From the IMG/VR virus record IMGVR_UViG_3300036770_005357: a stretch of DNA of 64,000 nt; one strand, 5' to 3'. Of this stretch, positions 46,195 to 56,633 are shown in pieces. The position numbers and the translations under genes were made by a program. The stretch is from a virus (lineage: Duplodnaviria > Caudoviricetes). The notes beneath the pieces are model-generated. The model did not search any database and was not told where the DNA came from. It saw nothing but the letters and a program-made list of their open reading frames with translations. Numbering within the stretch: position 1 is the first letter of the stretch; every line of letters starts with the position of its first letter.

Positions 46195-49073
46195 AATGGC
46201 ACTAATTCAATATCTTGACCAGCTACACATCTAGCTAAACAACCAACAACTGTTTCCCACTTACCACCGCCTTCAACTATGTTATGTGTTACATCTGTTA
46301 TCATAAACAAAACATTTTCCGGTATATAAGGTTTTGGTAAGTTGGTTATTCCAAAATGTTGAAACATTCTGAATCCGAATATTCCATCAAATGTAACAGT
46401 TATTTGAAAGTTAGGAGATATACCACTATATAATGGCAAGTTATTTTCAACATCACCGTCATCTATTATTTGAGATAATTTATCTTTTAATTCGGGTGGT
46501 AAATTAAGTTGTTTATAATTTTTATCAGCATTGTCTGGATTTTGACCGTCTTTTACATAAGCACTAGTCATCATCAAAACATTTTCGGATTTACCGTATG
46601 TTTGTATACCAGCAATAAGTGGATTTTGATCAACTGTTATTTCACTCTTTGAAGGCACTTCATTGCTTTCACCCGTACCGTCATCGGTTGGATTAAATTT
46701 TTCTAATCTATCAATATAAGAAATTGCGGGTTGACTTGAATTTCTAGCAGACATTGATGTGTCACTATTAATTGGTTTATTTTGTCCCGCTTGAAATAAT
46801 GTTAATGTAGCTTGTTCAGAAGTAAGTGAAGTGTTAAGAGTAACGGATTTTATAAACGAATCGGTACCTCCGACATCAAATACATAAACCTTACTTAATG
46901 TAGGCGCTTTATCACCTAAATTAGCGTAGTTGTTATCTACAATAGATAATCCACCCGAATCCGATTGTGATACTTGAAACTTCCAGAAACCATCTACAGC
47001 ATCATTAATTAAATTCAAAACAGCTGTCGCAAATTGTTGTAAAGTGGTTATATTTTTATCTTCGGAAATCTCCATTATCTTTTTATGTGCAACATATATG
47101 TTTTTAAGATTACCAAATTTATGTTTAAGATATGTTCTTTGAATTGTATCAGGTCTACCTTTTTGTGGATCAACCAAAGCTAGTTCTTGACCACTTACAG
47201 TTACAGTTTTATCAAATATGAATGGAAAAGATATATTAGTTTGTGGATCGGTTTCAGAAATTCCATATTCACCGCCGATATCGTAATAAAGTCTATTAAT
47301 TAGAGTATCTAAATTATCTCTATATGAACCCGCTGTTTTAAATACAGTTTCTACTTTTTTAGCAGACTTAAATATCTCACTTGAATTTTCTACTTCCAAA
47401 TCATACCGTGAAGAGAAAAATGGATCATTTATACTACCAACCGGTACATAACCATTCAAATTAGCAATATTTGTTGCAGCTTCTTGTCGGGTATCGTTAT
47501 CGGTTGTATCTCCATTTAAAGACTGTATTATTTCAGGAGAAGGTGCAATTTTACCAATATTAAACTTCGGCGCAATTCCATTTGGAATTAATACACTCGG
47601 ATCACACGATATTAAATTTGGATGTGCATTGATTATTTTATCTACATCAATTGTAAAAGTTTTGTTTTTTTCAACCGAACAAAATTTATTAACAACTTCA
47701 AATAAAAAGTCTAATTGTAACCAGACATCATCATTATTTTTGGAGTCAAAATCTTTATCGTTTAAATAAGAAAGTGCTGTATAACCAGATGGCGAACTAT
47801 ATTTTATGAAATTGTTTCCATCCGGTACAGCTGGTTTTTGATAAATAGTAGGTGTATTTGTTCTTCCTATAAAAATTCTGTTTTCTTTTTTACCACCATA
47901 AAAACTACTTTTTGTAACATGTTTAATTATTTCACCATCATATTCATTCTCAAGTTGAGCACCACCTACTGTGGCCGCTACATACTCCATAAAGTTTTTA
48001 CGATGTATAATTGTTTCTTTAATTTTAGGAAATGCTGTTTTAATAAATGTCTTTAATCCAGAATATTCTTTCGTGCCACTAGGTACATCATTTCCATCTT
48101 TGTCTTTAGTAGTTTGTAAGGTTGTACTTACATTATTTTCGGCAGGCATTCCTGCGTATAAAGCTTGTCTTGATGTCAATTCTACATTGCAGTTATAAAC
48201 CTGACCATCTTGCGTTGAAAAGTCGTACTTTGTAATAATTCCGGTTATACACCCATAATTTCCGTATGATTTATACCATCTATCTACAACAGTTTGTGGT
48301 GTTTGAATTAAGTTCCAACACTCTTGTTCATTATTTAAATCAATAAGAGACTCTATGTTGAAAAGATTCCAACCAAGTTCAATAAAAACATTTATTCTCG
48401 GAGTCAAGAAAAAAGGTGCTAGGTATTCTAGTTGTGCTAAACTATAACATTTGAATTTAAAACTGCCATAAGCCAACATGTCCTTGCTTGTTCTTATTTC
48501 AACACTTTCAAGATTTGGTGGAGGAAGTATCGGTGAAACCTCTGTTTTTTGTATTGATGTTTTTTCAACTAATCTAGTTTCTCCATTTAAAGATTCATTT
48601 CCGTAATAGTTTGATGCCCATTTATAGTTAAATTGACTTCTAAATGACGGGTCTATGTAATGTGGTGTACCATCTGCTTCATAACCAATTATAGCTTTAT
48701 CTTGTTTTAGAATATTTCCCTGTTGTTTATATCCGAACGATTCATAAAAACCGTTTCCGGACATGAACAAAAATCCTTTATATTCTTTTTCTTTGCCGTT
48801 TTTTTCTAAAATTTTTGATTTAGGAACCAGACCATTACCGGCCAATCCAGTGCCGTTAGAAAAAATTCTAACCCAAGGAGTCATTGGTCCTTTATACTTT
48901 GAGTGATTTTTATAAAAATCGTAAACTGTTCCAGAAGGATTGCCTGGAGTGGGATACTGCATTCCTATATTGTTTGAATTTTTTCTTCTTCTCAACTCAC
49001 GAACTAAGGCTGTCGGTATATTTTGTACTTCCCACCACTGTGGCGCTTCTTCTATTTCGGTTTGATTAGCCAT
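46191..49073 (-). CDS. Large baseplate hub/tail structural protein (putative)
   Basis: 960 aa; follows the LysM gene in TMP-tube initiator-LysM-hub order; C-terminal I.GI.G......F...P...HN...WET pattern. Confidence 0.5.
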   Translation of the reverse strand: MANQTEIEEAPQWWEVQNIPTALVRELRRRKNSNNIGMQYPTPGNPSGTVYDFYKNHSKYKGPMTPWVRIFSNGTGLAGNGLVPKSKILEKNGKEKEYKGFLFMSGNGFYESFGYKQQGNILKQDKAIIGYEADGTPHYIDPSFRSQFNYKWASNYYGNESLNGETRLVEKTSIQKTEVSPILPPPNLESVEIRTSKDMLAYGSFKFKCYSLAQLEYLAPFFLTPRINVFIELGWNLFNIESLIDLNNEQECWNLIQTPQTVVDRWYKSYGNYGCITGIITKYDFSTQDGQVYNCNVELTSRQALYAGMPAENNVSTTLQTTKDKDGNDVPSGTKEYSGLKTFIKTAFPKIKETIIHRKNFMEYVAATVGGAQLENEYDGEIIKHVTKSSFYGGKKENRIFIGRTNTPTIYQKPAVPDGNNFIKYSSPSGYTALSYLNDKDFDSKNNDDVWLQLDFLFEVVNKFCSVEKNKTFTIDVDKIINAHPNLISCDPSVLIPNGIAPKFNIGKIAPSPEIIQSLNGDTTDNDTRQEAATNIANLNGYVPVGSINDPFFSSRYDLEVENSSEIFKSAKKVETVFKTAGSYRDNLDTLINRLYYDIGGEYGISETDPQTNISFPFIFDKTVTVSGQELALVDPQKGRPDTIQRTYLKHKFGNLKNIYVAHKKIMEISEDKNITTLQQFATAVLNLINDAVDGFWKFQVSQSDSGGLSIVDNNYANLGDKAPTLSKVYVFDVGGTDSFIKSVTLNTSLTSEQATLTLFQAGQNKPINSDTSMSARNSSQPAISYIDRLEKFNPTDDGTGESNEVPSKSEITVDQNPLIAGIQTYGKSENVLMMTSAYVKDGQNPDNADKNYKQLNLPPELKDKLSQIIDDGDVENNLPLYSGISPNFQITVTFDGIFGFRMFQHFGITNLPKPYIPENVLFMITDVTHNIVEGGGKWETVVGCLARCVAGQDIELVPL

Positions 49074-49078
49074 ATAAC

Positions 49079-49372
49079 TTAACTATTAACTTGCTTTAGA
49101 TTCTGTAATATCGTTGGTAAGTTGCCAGGTATTCTTAATTGTTTATCTGCTTTAACTGACAACTTTCCATCGGAAATATTATTAGCAACCGCTATTACCC
49201 ACCAATAACTTTCGTCACCATAATACTTTTTAGCCAAAGCATCTAAATAATTCTCTTCTGAGATTGTTACATATATATCGTCTTCACTTTCAGGTATAAC
49301 AGGATAAAAAGTAGTTTTGTATACTAATTTACCATCAAATCTTTTTTCTGTTGGAGTAAATTGATATCTCAT
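49079..49372 (-). CDS. LysM / tail-X baseplate wedge protein
   Basis: LDALAKKYYGDESYWWVIAVAN...QLRIP. Confidence 0.8.
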   Translation of the reverse strand: MRYQFTPTEKRFDGKLVYKTTFYPVIPESEDDIYVTISEENYLDALAKKYYGDESYWWVIAVANNISDGKLSVKADKQLRIPGNLPTILQNLKQVNS

Positions 49373-49374
49373 AA

Positions 49375-51954
49375 TTATTGACCTTGTACATCAGTATCAT
49401 ATCTCATGTTAAGAGAAAAACTATTGTCTGATACATTTGCTGATTTATCACCGTAATTATCTTGTGACATACCCGGTTCACCGTTTTCATCATTAATTTC
49501 AAATGTGCTAACAGGAGCGTTACCCCAAACTGCTCTACCGGTTTTAGCTCTATCTTTTTCCATAATAAACATTTGCATTGTTATGTCAGCTTCTCTCGGG
49601 AATTGAGCGACTTTACCTTTCATATCCTTATATATTCTACCAATGTTGAAATTCCAATCATTATTCTTAATATAATCTTCGTTTAATAATTCCCACGAAG
49701 CATCGTCCGGTATTTGAACATTAACACTTGTTATGACAACGAAATGTTTTTTATAAAAATCGCCTAATGTTAATTGTACCATTGGAGGTATCATGAATCC
49801 ACCGTTTACGGTAGATGTATAATTAGCAGGTCTTGTTAATCCCACCAAATAATTTATTCTTTGCCACATTGGCATCAATTCTTTTACGCTATGAGCAACA
49901 ACTTTAAATCCGAGATTTAGATCTCTAGAAAAGTTTTTATAGTAATATAACTTATCAGGACGACCCAAATATTCTACCGGTTCCCAATTTGCAGTATTAT
50001 TTTCTTGTATACCTTTTATAGTAGCGTTAAATGGTATAAATCTGTTATTTACAATATCGTAAAAGTAAAACTTAATGAAGTCCGGTCCCAGTCCATTCCA
50101 TTTATCTTTTGAATCATATTTATCGGTAAATTCACTGTCGTTCATTACACCCAATGAATTTACATAATCAACATCATTCGTTGGTCGTATAAATCTATCT
50201 TTATCTTGCTTTTGTCCAAATCTGCTAGGGAATTTTATGGTATCTTGATTTTTTCTATATTTGCCTTGGTAAGTTATACTATCAGGATCATTTGCTGGTG
50301 TTGTTTTACTTCTAGCGGATTTTACTTTAGCTATGTAATTAAATCCAATATCTTCCCCTAAAAATTGTTGTGGTTTGCCTAACGCAGCGGTATAACTATA
50401 ATTAGCTTTTCTTACATCAGTTTGAGTAGATTCAAAAATATTATTAAGTTCACTTACTAATTGAGATGTTTTATCTGTAAATGTAGTTTTGTAATTAGTG
50501 GATAACTTTTTATCTGTAAAGATGTTATAGTTTAGTAATTGATCACTGAATTCGTTATCCGGTGTTACTTTTACAACATCGCCGTAGCGATTTGATCCGT
50601 TTGAAATATTGCTTCCATTAACCGAATCTATTGATTCTTGAGTGACTTTACTGGTATCACTTAAATCTAATTTACCTAGATTTCCGGTTGTATCAAATGT
50701 TATTCCTAGCTTACTATTTGTTCTATTGTTGGCTGTATTACCATTTACATATAATCTAAGTTTATTTGTTGAATTACCACCGTTATAGAATCTAATTGCA
50801 ACGGATCCGGCGTTTGTAACAGTATTTGTATTAAGTCCGATTCCTTTTAATAAAGCACCAAAAAATCCACCCTGAGATTTTGATTGTGTGCCACTGTATA
50901 AAAGATAATTGCCTTGATTTACGCCTGTACTTAAATTTGGATTCGTATCAGTTGCTTGCGTAGCAAATGCACTCCACCTATCAGATGTCAACATGTATTG
51001 ATATGTGTTTTCATCAGCACGATATTTTAATCCTGCTATAGGTTGTGTAGGTGGAAATATACCACCCAACAAAGAATTGTTTTTTAAGAAAGATCCGGCT
51101 GCTTTTAATAAATTACCAAAAAATCCACCACCACCGGATGGTGGTATGAGTGATGAATATCTTGAAGCATTATAAGCATTTGTAGCAGTATTACCTCTAA
51201 TCAATCCTTTAGCACCATCTTGTGCCATTATAGGTAATACTACATCACTTTTGTCACCACCACCAAATATACCACCTATATTGAAAAATCCACCCAATCC
51301 AGATTTAGGTTCACTATCAGCACTAGCAACTGTGCTTCTTGGTGGTGGCGGATTTGCCGCTGTTTTTCCAAATAAACCGCCTATTGTATTTACTACTCCA
51401 CCTAAACCAGCTGCACCAATCAGTCCGCCTAATAAATTACTAGTATCAATAAATCTTTGTGGTCTATTTAGTAATCCAAATGAAGCGGGCCAAAAGGCAG
51501 CCAATATTGGACTTGCAGGATTATAAACCTTGGTTTCGTCAAATGTTTGTAATCCTTGTAGCAATAATTGTTTTGTAAAAAATGTTACACCTTTACTTGA
51601 TCCTAAAAATCTACTTACTCTGGTAGTATCTCTTAATGCTGCTTCTACTGGAAATATACGATTTGCATTAATTTTTTGTCGTTGACCTTGATTTGGATTT
51701 ACATAAAAAGGTGGAGCTAATTGTGACTGTACTAGTCCTTTTAAATAAAGATCTTGTGGTTTATTTTTGCTATAAATTACTTCACTATTGTTACCGGTAT
51801 TAAATATTACTTCTAATTTACCGGGTGCTCTTGTATCAATAAATTGACCGGTTGGTACGGGTAGTAACAATCCATTTGATTGTACTTGACTTAATGTGCT
51901 TACTTCCGCACCAGTTGGTGCTAGACCCGCTACATATGTATTACTATTTGCCAT
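49375..51954 (-). CDS. Baseplate / tail-tube initiator protein with Gly-rich N-terminal region
   Basis: C-terminal tube-like domain FNATIKGI.E...ANW..V.YLGR....Y.Y..F.R; directly after the TMP. Confidence 0.6.
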   Translation of the reverse strand: MANSNTYVAGLAPTGAEVSTLSQVQSNGLLLPVPTGQFIDTRAPGKLEVIFNTGNNSEVIYSKNKPQDLYLKGLVQSQLAPPFYVNPNQGQRQKINANRIFPVEAALRDTTRVSRFLGSSKGVTFFTKQLLLQGLQTFDETKVYNPASPILAAFWPASFGLLNRPQRFIDTSNLLGGLIGAAGLGGVVNTIGGLFGKTAANPPPPRSTVASADSEPKSGLGGFFNIGGIFGGGDKSDVVLPIMAQDGAKGLIRGNTATNAYNASRYSSLIPPSGGGGFFGNLLKAAGSFLKNNSLLGGIFPPTQPIAGLKYRADENTYQYMLTSDRWSAFATQATDTNPNLSTGVNQGNYLLYSGTQSKSQGGFFGALLKGIGLNTNTVTNAGSVAIRFYNGGNSTNKLRLYVNGNTANNRTNSKLGITFDTTGNLGKLDLSDTSKVTQESIDSVNGSNISNGSNRYGDVVKVTPDNEFSDQLLNYNIFTDKKLSTNYKTTFTDKTSQLVSELNNIFESTQTDVRKANYSYTAALGKPQQFLGEDIGFNYIAKVKSARSKTTPANDPDSITYQGKYRKNQDTIKFPSRFGQKQDKDRFIRPTNDVDYVNSLGVMNDSEFTDKYDSKDKWNGLGPDFIKFYFYDIVNNRFIPFNATIKGIQENNTANWEPVEYLGRPDKLYYYKNFSRDLNLGFKVVAHSVKELMPMWQRINYLVGLTRPANYTSTVNGGFMIPPMVQLTLGDFYKKHFVVITSVNVQIPDDASWELLNEDYIKNNDWNFNIGRIYKDMKGKVAQFPREADITMQMFIMEKDRAKTGRAVWGNAPVSTFEINDENGEPGMSQDNYGDKSANVSDNSFSLNMRYDTDVQGQ

Positions 51955-51958
51955 TAAT

Positions 51959-51966
51959 TATAAATA
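51959..51966 (-). promoter_or_regulatory. TATTTATA putative late-promoter motif
   Basis: 4 nt before the ATG at 51954. Confidence 0.5.
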
Positions 51967-51971
51967 TTAAA

Positions 51972-54900
51972 TTAGAAAGTTGTTGCTTGACCTAAAGAAC
52001 CAAATTTATTAGAAGATGCAGCTAATAACTGATTTGCCTTTTGTCCATCTATATAAACAGCTATTTGACCAGAACTCATTAATTGTGTCAATTTATCCAA
52101 TTTTTCTACAACTAATCTATTTGAGTTAACAATTGCATCTACAAGTTCATTTCCGACAGGTGTTTTTCCAGGTTCTCCAACTGCTTTAGTTGGTTCAGTT
52201 GTGCCGCCACCTACAATGTTTGTTACTAAAGATATGCCTTTACCAACAACATCCATTATAAATCCACCAATACCCTTTATTTTTTCCCAAACTAACTCAA
52301 GTCCTTTTAATACACCGTTGAATGCTGTAGAGAATACATTTCCAAATAATGTACCTATTTCAGAAATAATTGGTTTTACGGATTCTAGTGTAGATTTAAT
52401 GAAATCAAATCCCAATTTAAAAGGTGTAACTAACGAATCAAATATACTACTAACTGCGCCGTTAAGAGTACTTAATATAGTTGATAACATTTCTATGGTG
52501 AATATTGACTTTATAAGATTCCACGCCATTTTGTACGGCGCAGTCACGATGTCAAATACCTTGACAACTAAACCGGTCAATGTTGACAATACGGTCTCCA
52601 TCGTATCAGTGGTAAATATTTTTTTAATAACTGACCATGCTAATTTATATGGAGATAACAATCCGTCTAACAGCATGCTTCCAATTGATACTATACCGTT
52701 TACTATAGATAAACCCAATTTAGATGGAGATTTGCCACCGAAAAAAGATGTAATCCACTCCCATCCAGATTTAAATGCGGAAATTAAAGCTTCGTACAAC
52801 ATCGGACCTATAGCAACTAAACCTTTTACCAATAAAAGTCCTAGTTTTCCGACTACTATAAGTATCGCTTTCGGCAGTTTATAAAAAGAGAATATTAATA
52901 TTTCAACAAGTAAGGATCCAACATTTTTAAATATTTTTCCCCATTCTATTGGTTTTCCACCACCGCCACCTTTGCCTGTGAAAAGACTTTCAAACATGTC
53001 GGGTAATTTAACAAATGCATCTAAAAGACCCGTCGTTATGTCTTTGTATATTGCGCCAAAATCAACTTCTGCAAGAAAGCCTGGTATTTTCTTTATTAAT
53101 CCCCACGCCATTTCTAGTGGTTCTAGTATTAAACTTTTAAATACTCCTTTTAGCCCAGCGGTAATTTTGTCTCCCATCGATCCCGTTGTTTCGGTAAATC
53201 CTTTTATGAACGCGGCAACTCCTTGAACCACTGTTATTAAAATTCCTATTGGTCCTAAAAATTTAGCAACCGTACCAAACAAAGGCCCTATTTTACTGAT
53301 CCACCCAAAAGCGGCTCCGGCACCAACCTTGCCTAATGTGCCAAATAATCCGAGTATCGGTTTAAATACGCCCGTTACTAATTTACCAAATCCCGAAATG
53401 ATAGGTGTAATTGGTTTAAAAACTCCAGTTACTAATTTACCAAATCCCGAAGCAGCTGATGTAACAGGTTTAAAAACTCCAGTTACTAATTTACCAAATC
53501 CCGAAGCAGCTGATGTAACAGGTTTAAAAAGGTTGCCAATTTTTGAACCTACATTTGAAACTCCGGAGGTTATTGATTTTAAAATATTATTTGTTTTTGT
53601 ACGAAAATTTGAAATTCCTTCGGTAACCAGTTTAAAAATATTACTAATTTTAGTACCTATGATTGAAACACCAGACTTAATTGAATTAGTTACAGGCGAA
53701 ATTTCGGAACCAAATTTTCTAAATGCGTCTCCTATTTTTTTAGTAAGTGTTACAGATTCTTGTAACGGTTGAGTTGTACCACTAATTGCATTTTTTATTT
53801 TAGAAAATATTGTAAATACAGAATATGTATCTTTTTGAAATAAAGATATAAACATTCTTATTTTTAAGAACGGTTGAATTAATTCTTCGGGTTTAAGTTT
53901 TTCAAATAAATCAACAATTTTATCCATGACAATTGTTATTGCTTCTAAAACAGGCAACATAAACTTCTGCAATTGTTGATTGATTTTATTTTGCAAAGTT
54001 GCCATTCTTTCTTGATTACTCTTAGATTTTAAATCTTGTTCATATTTTTGTTGAGCCAATTTTGGATTATCTTTAAGAGCTTTTTGTTCTTTTAATCTTT
54101 CTTCAGCCAATTTTCTAACTTCCGGATCTTGCGATTTTAAAGCGTCTTTTATACGAGTTTCAGCTTCTAACATGTCTTGTAACTCTTTTACAGATTTACC
54201 AGCTGCTTGAGCAAACGCTTCTTGTGCCAACGGATTGAGTTGATTAAACTTTATTTTCTTAGCTTGATCTAATATAACTTTGTTAGCTTCAACCACTTTT
54301 CCTTGGAATGCCAATCTACGAGCTTCATTAAAGTTAATATTCTTGCCAATTAAAGCGCTTGCCTTAAGTTCGTTTTGTATGCTACTTTCAAAATTCAAAA
54401 GACCCTTAGCAGTAGCTGCCATATTAGTCAATGTGGTACCCATCTGTCTTGCTTGTGCGGCGGCTCTTACCATTTCATCCGCGTTTTTACCTGCAAACAT
54501 TCTTACATCATCACTAGCATCGGCAACTTCATTCATTACATCTTCTAGTCCAACACCATATGCTTTAGCAGCGGCACCTGCCATACTCAGCATGTTTGTT
54601 TTAGACTCAGCACTCTTACCGCTTACACCACCAATTGTTTTTAAGAACTTTGCACTTGTATCAGCTGATATACCCATTTGTTTGCTAAACACGGTTATAT
54701 CTTTTACCATTGCACTATTTCTTCCGGAAATATATGAAAAGTTTTTACCTACAGTTGATATTGTATTAGCAACATCTGTTGCGGATACACCAAAATGTGC
54801 TAAATCTACAGAGGTGTCTCTTATTTGTTTTTCTAATCCTTCGGCGTCTTTTCTAAATAAACCGAATTGTTGTCTTACTTGCGTTGTTACTTTATCTATT

Positions 54901-55520
54901 TCCTTAAATCGGTCAAAAGTCTGTGATAACATTTCTTTAAAACTAGACGGTATATTTAATTCTTTAAAAATAAATTCTTTTGATTTTAAAACGGATTGTG
55001 TCAATTTAGCGGTTTTAAATCTTTCTTTTTCTAACTCAACTATTTTACCGGAAACTTTTTTCTGTTCTTCTAAAGCCCTAACTTCTTCCATCAATGCATC
55101 TTTAACATCACCACTCGTAACCAACATTTCTTGTTGTTTTGCGTCTATTGTGGCCTGTAGTTTTGCTTGTTGTTCTAAAGCGTACTTTAAATTATTAGCT
55201 GACTCATTCATTTCCTCCTGAATTTTAGATGACAAATCGTAACCACCGGTTGTTTTAACTACACTTTGATAAAGTGCTTTCTGTTCGTTATTCATACGAG
55301 ACAGTCCACTTTCCAATAAGGCTTGTTTTTTTCTAGTTTCTACAATAGTTTCTAAAGCTTTGTCAAGATTATCTCCCCACTGTCTAGCTTTAGTAGAAAC
55401 GCGGGTAAACTCAAAGTCTAATCGTTTAAATGCATTAACAATTGCGTCGGCTTCAGGACCACCTCTTTCAAGAATGTCTACTATTTCTTTAGCTTTTGTT
55501 GAATCAAATGGGGTTGCCAT
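51972..55520 (-). CDS. Tail tape measure protein
   Basis: 1182 aa, helical/coiled-coil N-half, amphipathic 11/18-aa repeats; follows the tail chaperone pair. Confidence 0.9.
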   Translation of the reverse strand: MATPFDSTKAKEIVDILERGGPEADAIVNAFKRLDFEFTRVSTKARQWGDNLDKALETIVETRKKQALLESGLSRMNNEQKALYQSVVKTTGGYDLSSKIQEEMNESANNLKYALEQQAKLQATIDAKQQEMLVTSGDVKDALMEEVRALEEQKKVSGKIVELEKERFKTAKLTQSVLKSKEFIFKELNIPSSFKEMLSQTFDRFKEIDKVTTQVRQQFGLFRKDAEGLEKQIRDTSVDLAHFGVSATDVANTISTVGKNFSYISGRNSAMVKDITVFSKQMGISADTSAKFLKTIGGVSGKSAESKTNMLSMAGAAAKAYGVGLEDVMNEVADASDDVRMFAGKNADEMVRAAAQARQMGTTLTNMAATAKGLLNFESSIQNELKASALIGKNINFNEARRLAFQGKVVEANKVILDQAKKIKFNQLNPLAQEAFAQAAGKSVKELQDMLEAETRIKDALKSQDPEVRKLAEERLKEQKALKDNPKLAQQKYEQDLKSKSNQERMATLQNKINQQLQKFMLPVLEAITIVMDKIVDLFEKLKPEELIQPFLKIRMFISLFQKDTYSVFTIFSKIKNAISGTTQPLQESVTLTKKIGDAFRKFGSEISPVTNSIKSGVSIIGTKISNIFKLVTEGISNFRTKTNNILKSITSGVSNVGSKIGNLFKPVTSAASGFGKLVTGVFKPVTSAASGFGKLVTGVFKPITPIISGFGKLVTGVFKPILGLFGTLGKVGAGAAFGWISKIGPLFGTVAKFLGPIGILITVVQGVAAFIKGFTETTGSMGDKITAGLKGVFKSLILEPLEMAWGLIKKIPGFLAEVDFGAIYKDITTGLLDAFVKLPDMFESLFTGKGGGGGKPIEWGKIFKNVGSLLVEILIFSFYKLPKAILIVVGKLGLLLVKGLVAIGPMLYEALISAFKSGWEWITSFFGGKSPSKLGLSIVNGIVSIGSMLLDGLLSPYKLAWSVIKKIFTTDTMETVLSTLTGLVVKVFDIVTAPYKMAWNLIKSIFTIEMLSTILSTLNGAVSSIFDSLVTPFKLGFDFIKSTLESVKPIISEIGTLFGNVFSTAFNGVLKGLELVWEKIKGIGGFIMDVVGKGISLVTNIVGGGTTEPTKAVGEPGKTPVGNELVDAIVNSNRLVVEKLDKLTQLMSSGQIAVYIDGQKANQLLAASSNKFGSLGQATTF
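53413..53530. repeat. Exact 54-nt tandem duplication in the TMP (18 aa FKPVTSAASGFGKLVTGV)
   Basis: Units begin at 53413 and 53467, partial unit at 53521; degenerate copy 53359-53412. Confidence 0.9.
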
Positions 55521-55524
55521 ATGA

Positions 55525-55532
55525 TATAAATA
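55525..55532 (-). promoter_or_regulatory. TATTTATA putative late-promoter motif
   Basis: 4 nt before the TMP ATG. Confidence 0.5.
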
Positions 55533-55554
55533 TACTATATATCATGTTTTTATA

Positions 55555-55782
55555 TCAAAATGGTTTATCTATTTTCCCCGGCTTTTTAGAAGGTTGTTTA
55601 TAGGATTCGTTTTCTCTGTTTTTTATATCTACTAATTGGTGATAGTAGAAATTACGCAAGAATACAGGCAATTTATAAGCAATATCTACATTTATAGCTC
55701 CCTGTGAAAAGTAACACAATTCAAATATTTGTTTGTGTACAATTACTTTATACTCCGGCGTCAGGCCAAAAAAACTGTACCG
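55555..55782 (-). CDS. Unannotated start-less ORF (gpT-like tail chaperone extension), probably expressed by frameshift
   Basis: Open for 75 codons: RYSFFGLTPEYKVIVHKQIFELCYFSQG...LPVFLRNFYY...KPF*. No ATG or GTG; overlaps the upstream gene across a T7 tract (55774-55768). Confidence 0.7.
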   Translation of the reverse strand, partial: RYSFFGLTPEYKVIVHKQIFELCYFSQGAINVDIAYKLPVFLRNFYYHQLVDIKNRENESYKQPSKKPGKIDKPF

Positions 55783-56584
55783 TCATCGGTACATCCATCC
55801 TTTCTTCGTTCTGACACTGTTCACATGCAAAATTAAATCCTAAATCAAGTTCCGGAGCAATAGACTTTACATAACCTCTAAGCGCCATGCTGTCTCTTGA
55901 TAGTAATTCATTATCTACGAATTTAGCTATAGAAGCTGGATCACGCTTATCATCAATACTTGTAATCATTCTCTTTAAACGAGTAGTTACTTCAGCGCTA
56001 GCGTTCTTTTTGACTTTGGATATAGCTTTTGAATCACGATCTATATTTTCTTCATCACCCGATGTTAATAACTTGAAAGTGATTTTTCTCTTTGAAGTTG
56101 GAAATATAAACTCAAATTCATTGACTCCTCTCTCCATGTTTGAAAAGTCAACATCTTTTTCTTGAACTTCACCTAGATTGATAGTAACTTTGTTTTCAGT
56201 GTTACATCTCTTACATTCAATCTTAACGGGCCCGTAATTATCGCCATATGCCAATCGTCTAGCAGCAATAAACAAAGCGTTCTTGTCAACCATCAACAAA
56301 TCCGCCACATTTACACCTGGAGTTACAATCAAACTTTCAAGAAGTTTATCAAGAACAATACCCTTCTTTATGTAATTTTCATTCGTCAAAATATCTTCTT
56401 CTTTTGCAGTCATCATCTTCATATCAATACTGCCCTTGCTCAAGGGAGATTTTTCATCATAAAAATAACCTTTAGAAGGCAGGTTGATATTTTCAGCAGG
56501 ATATGTTGTTGAATTTACAGAACTTTTTGTAGAAGTAGATTCGTGTTCTTGTTTTAATTTTTGAATAAAAATTTCGTCGCTCAT
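55748..56584 (-). CDS. T4 gp26-like baseplate hub / tail assembly chaperone
   Basis: LPSKG.FY, MTAKEEDIL, AARRLAYG, two CxxC, SRD...LR.Y, FFWP end. Confidence 0.8.
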   Translation of the reverse strand: MSDEIFIQKLKQEHESTSTKSSVNSTTYPAENINLPSKGYFYDEKSPLSKGSIDMKMMTAKEEDILTNENYIKKGIVLDKLLESLIVTPGVNVADLLMVDKNALFIAARRLAYGDNYGPVKIECKRCNTENKVTINLGEVQEKDVDFSNMERGVNEFEFIFPTSKRKITFKLLTSGDEENIDRDSKAISKVKKNASAEVTTRLKRMITSIDDKRDPASIAKFVDNELLSRDSMALRGYVKSIAPELDLGFNFACEQCQNEERMDVPMTVQFFWPDAGV

Positions 56585-56633
56585 AACTTTATAACAATAT
56601 ATAGTCTACACTTAGTATTTTATGTTTTTATAA

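Noticed and set aside
54280-55221. 313-aa + strand ORF and other long antisense ORFs (e.g. 52201..52884, 40587..41120, 25334..26749 group)
   Set aside because: They are shadow ORFs opposite well-supported genes with biased codon usage, and have no motifs or expression signals.
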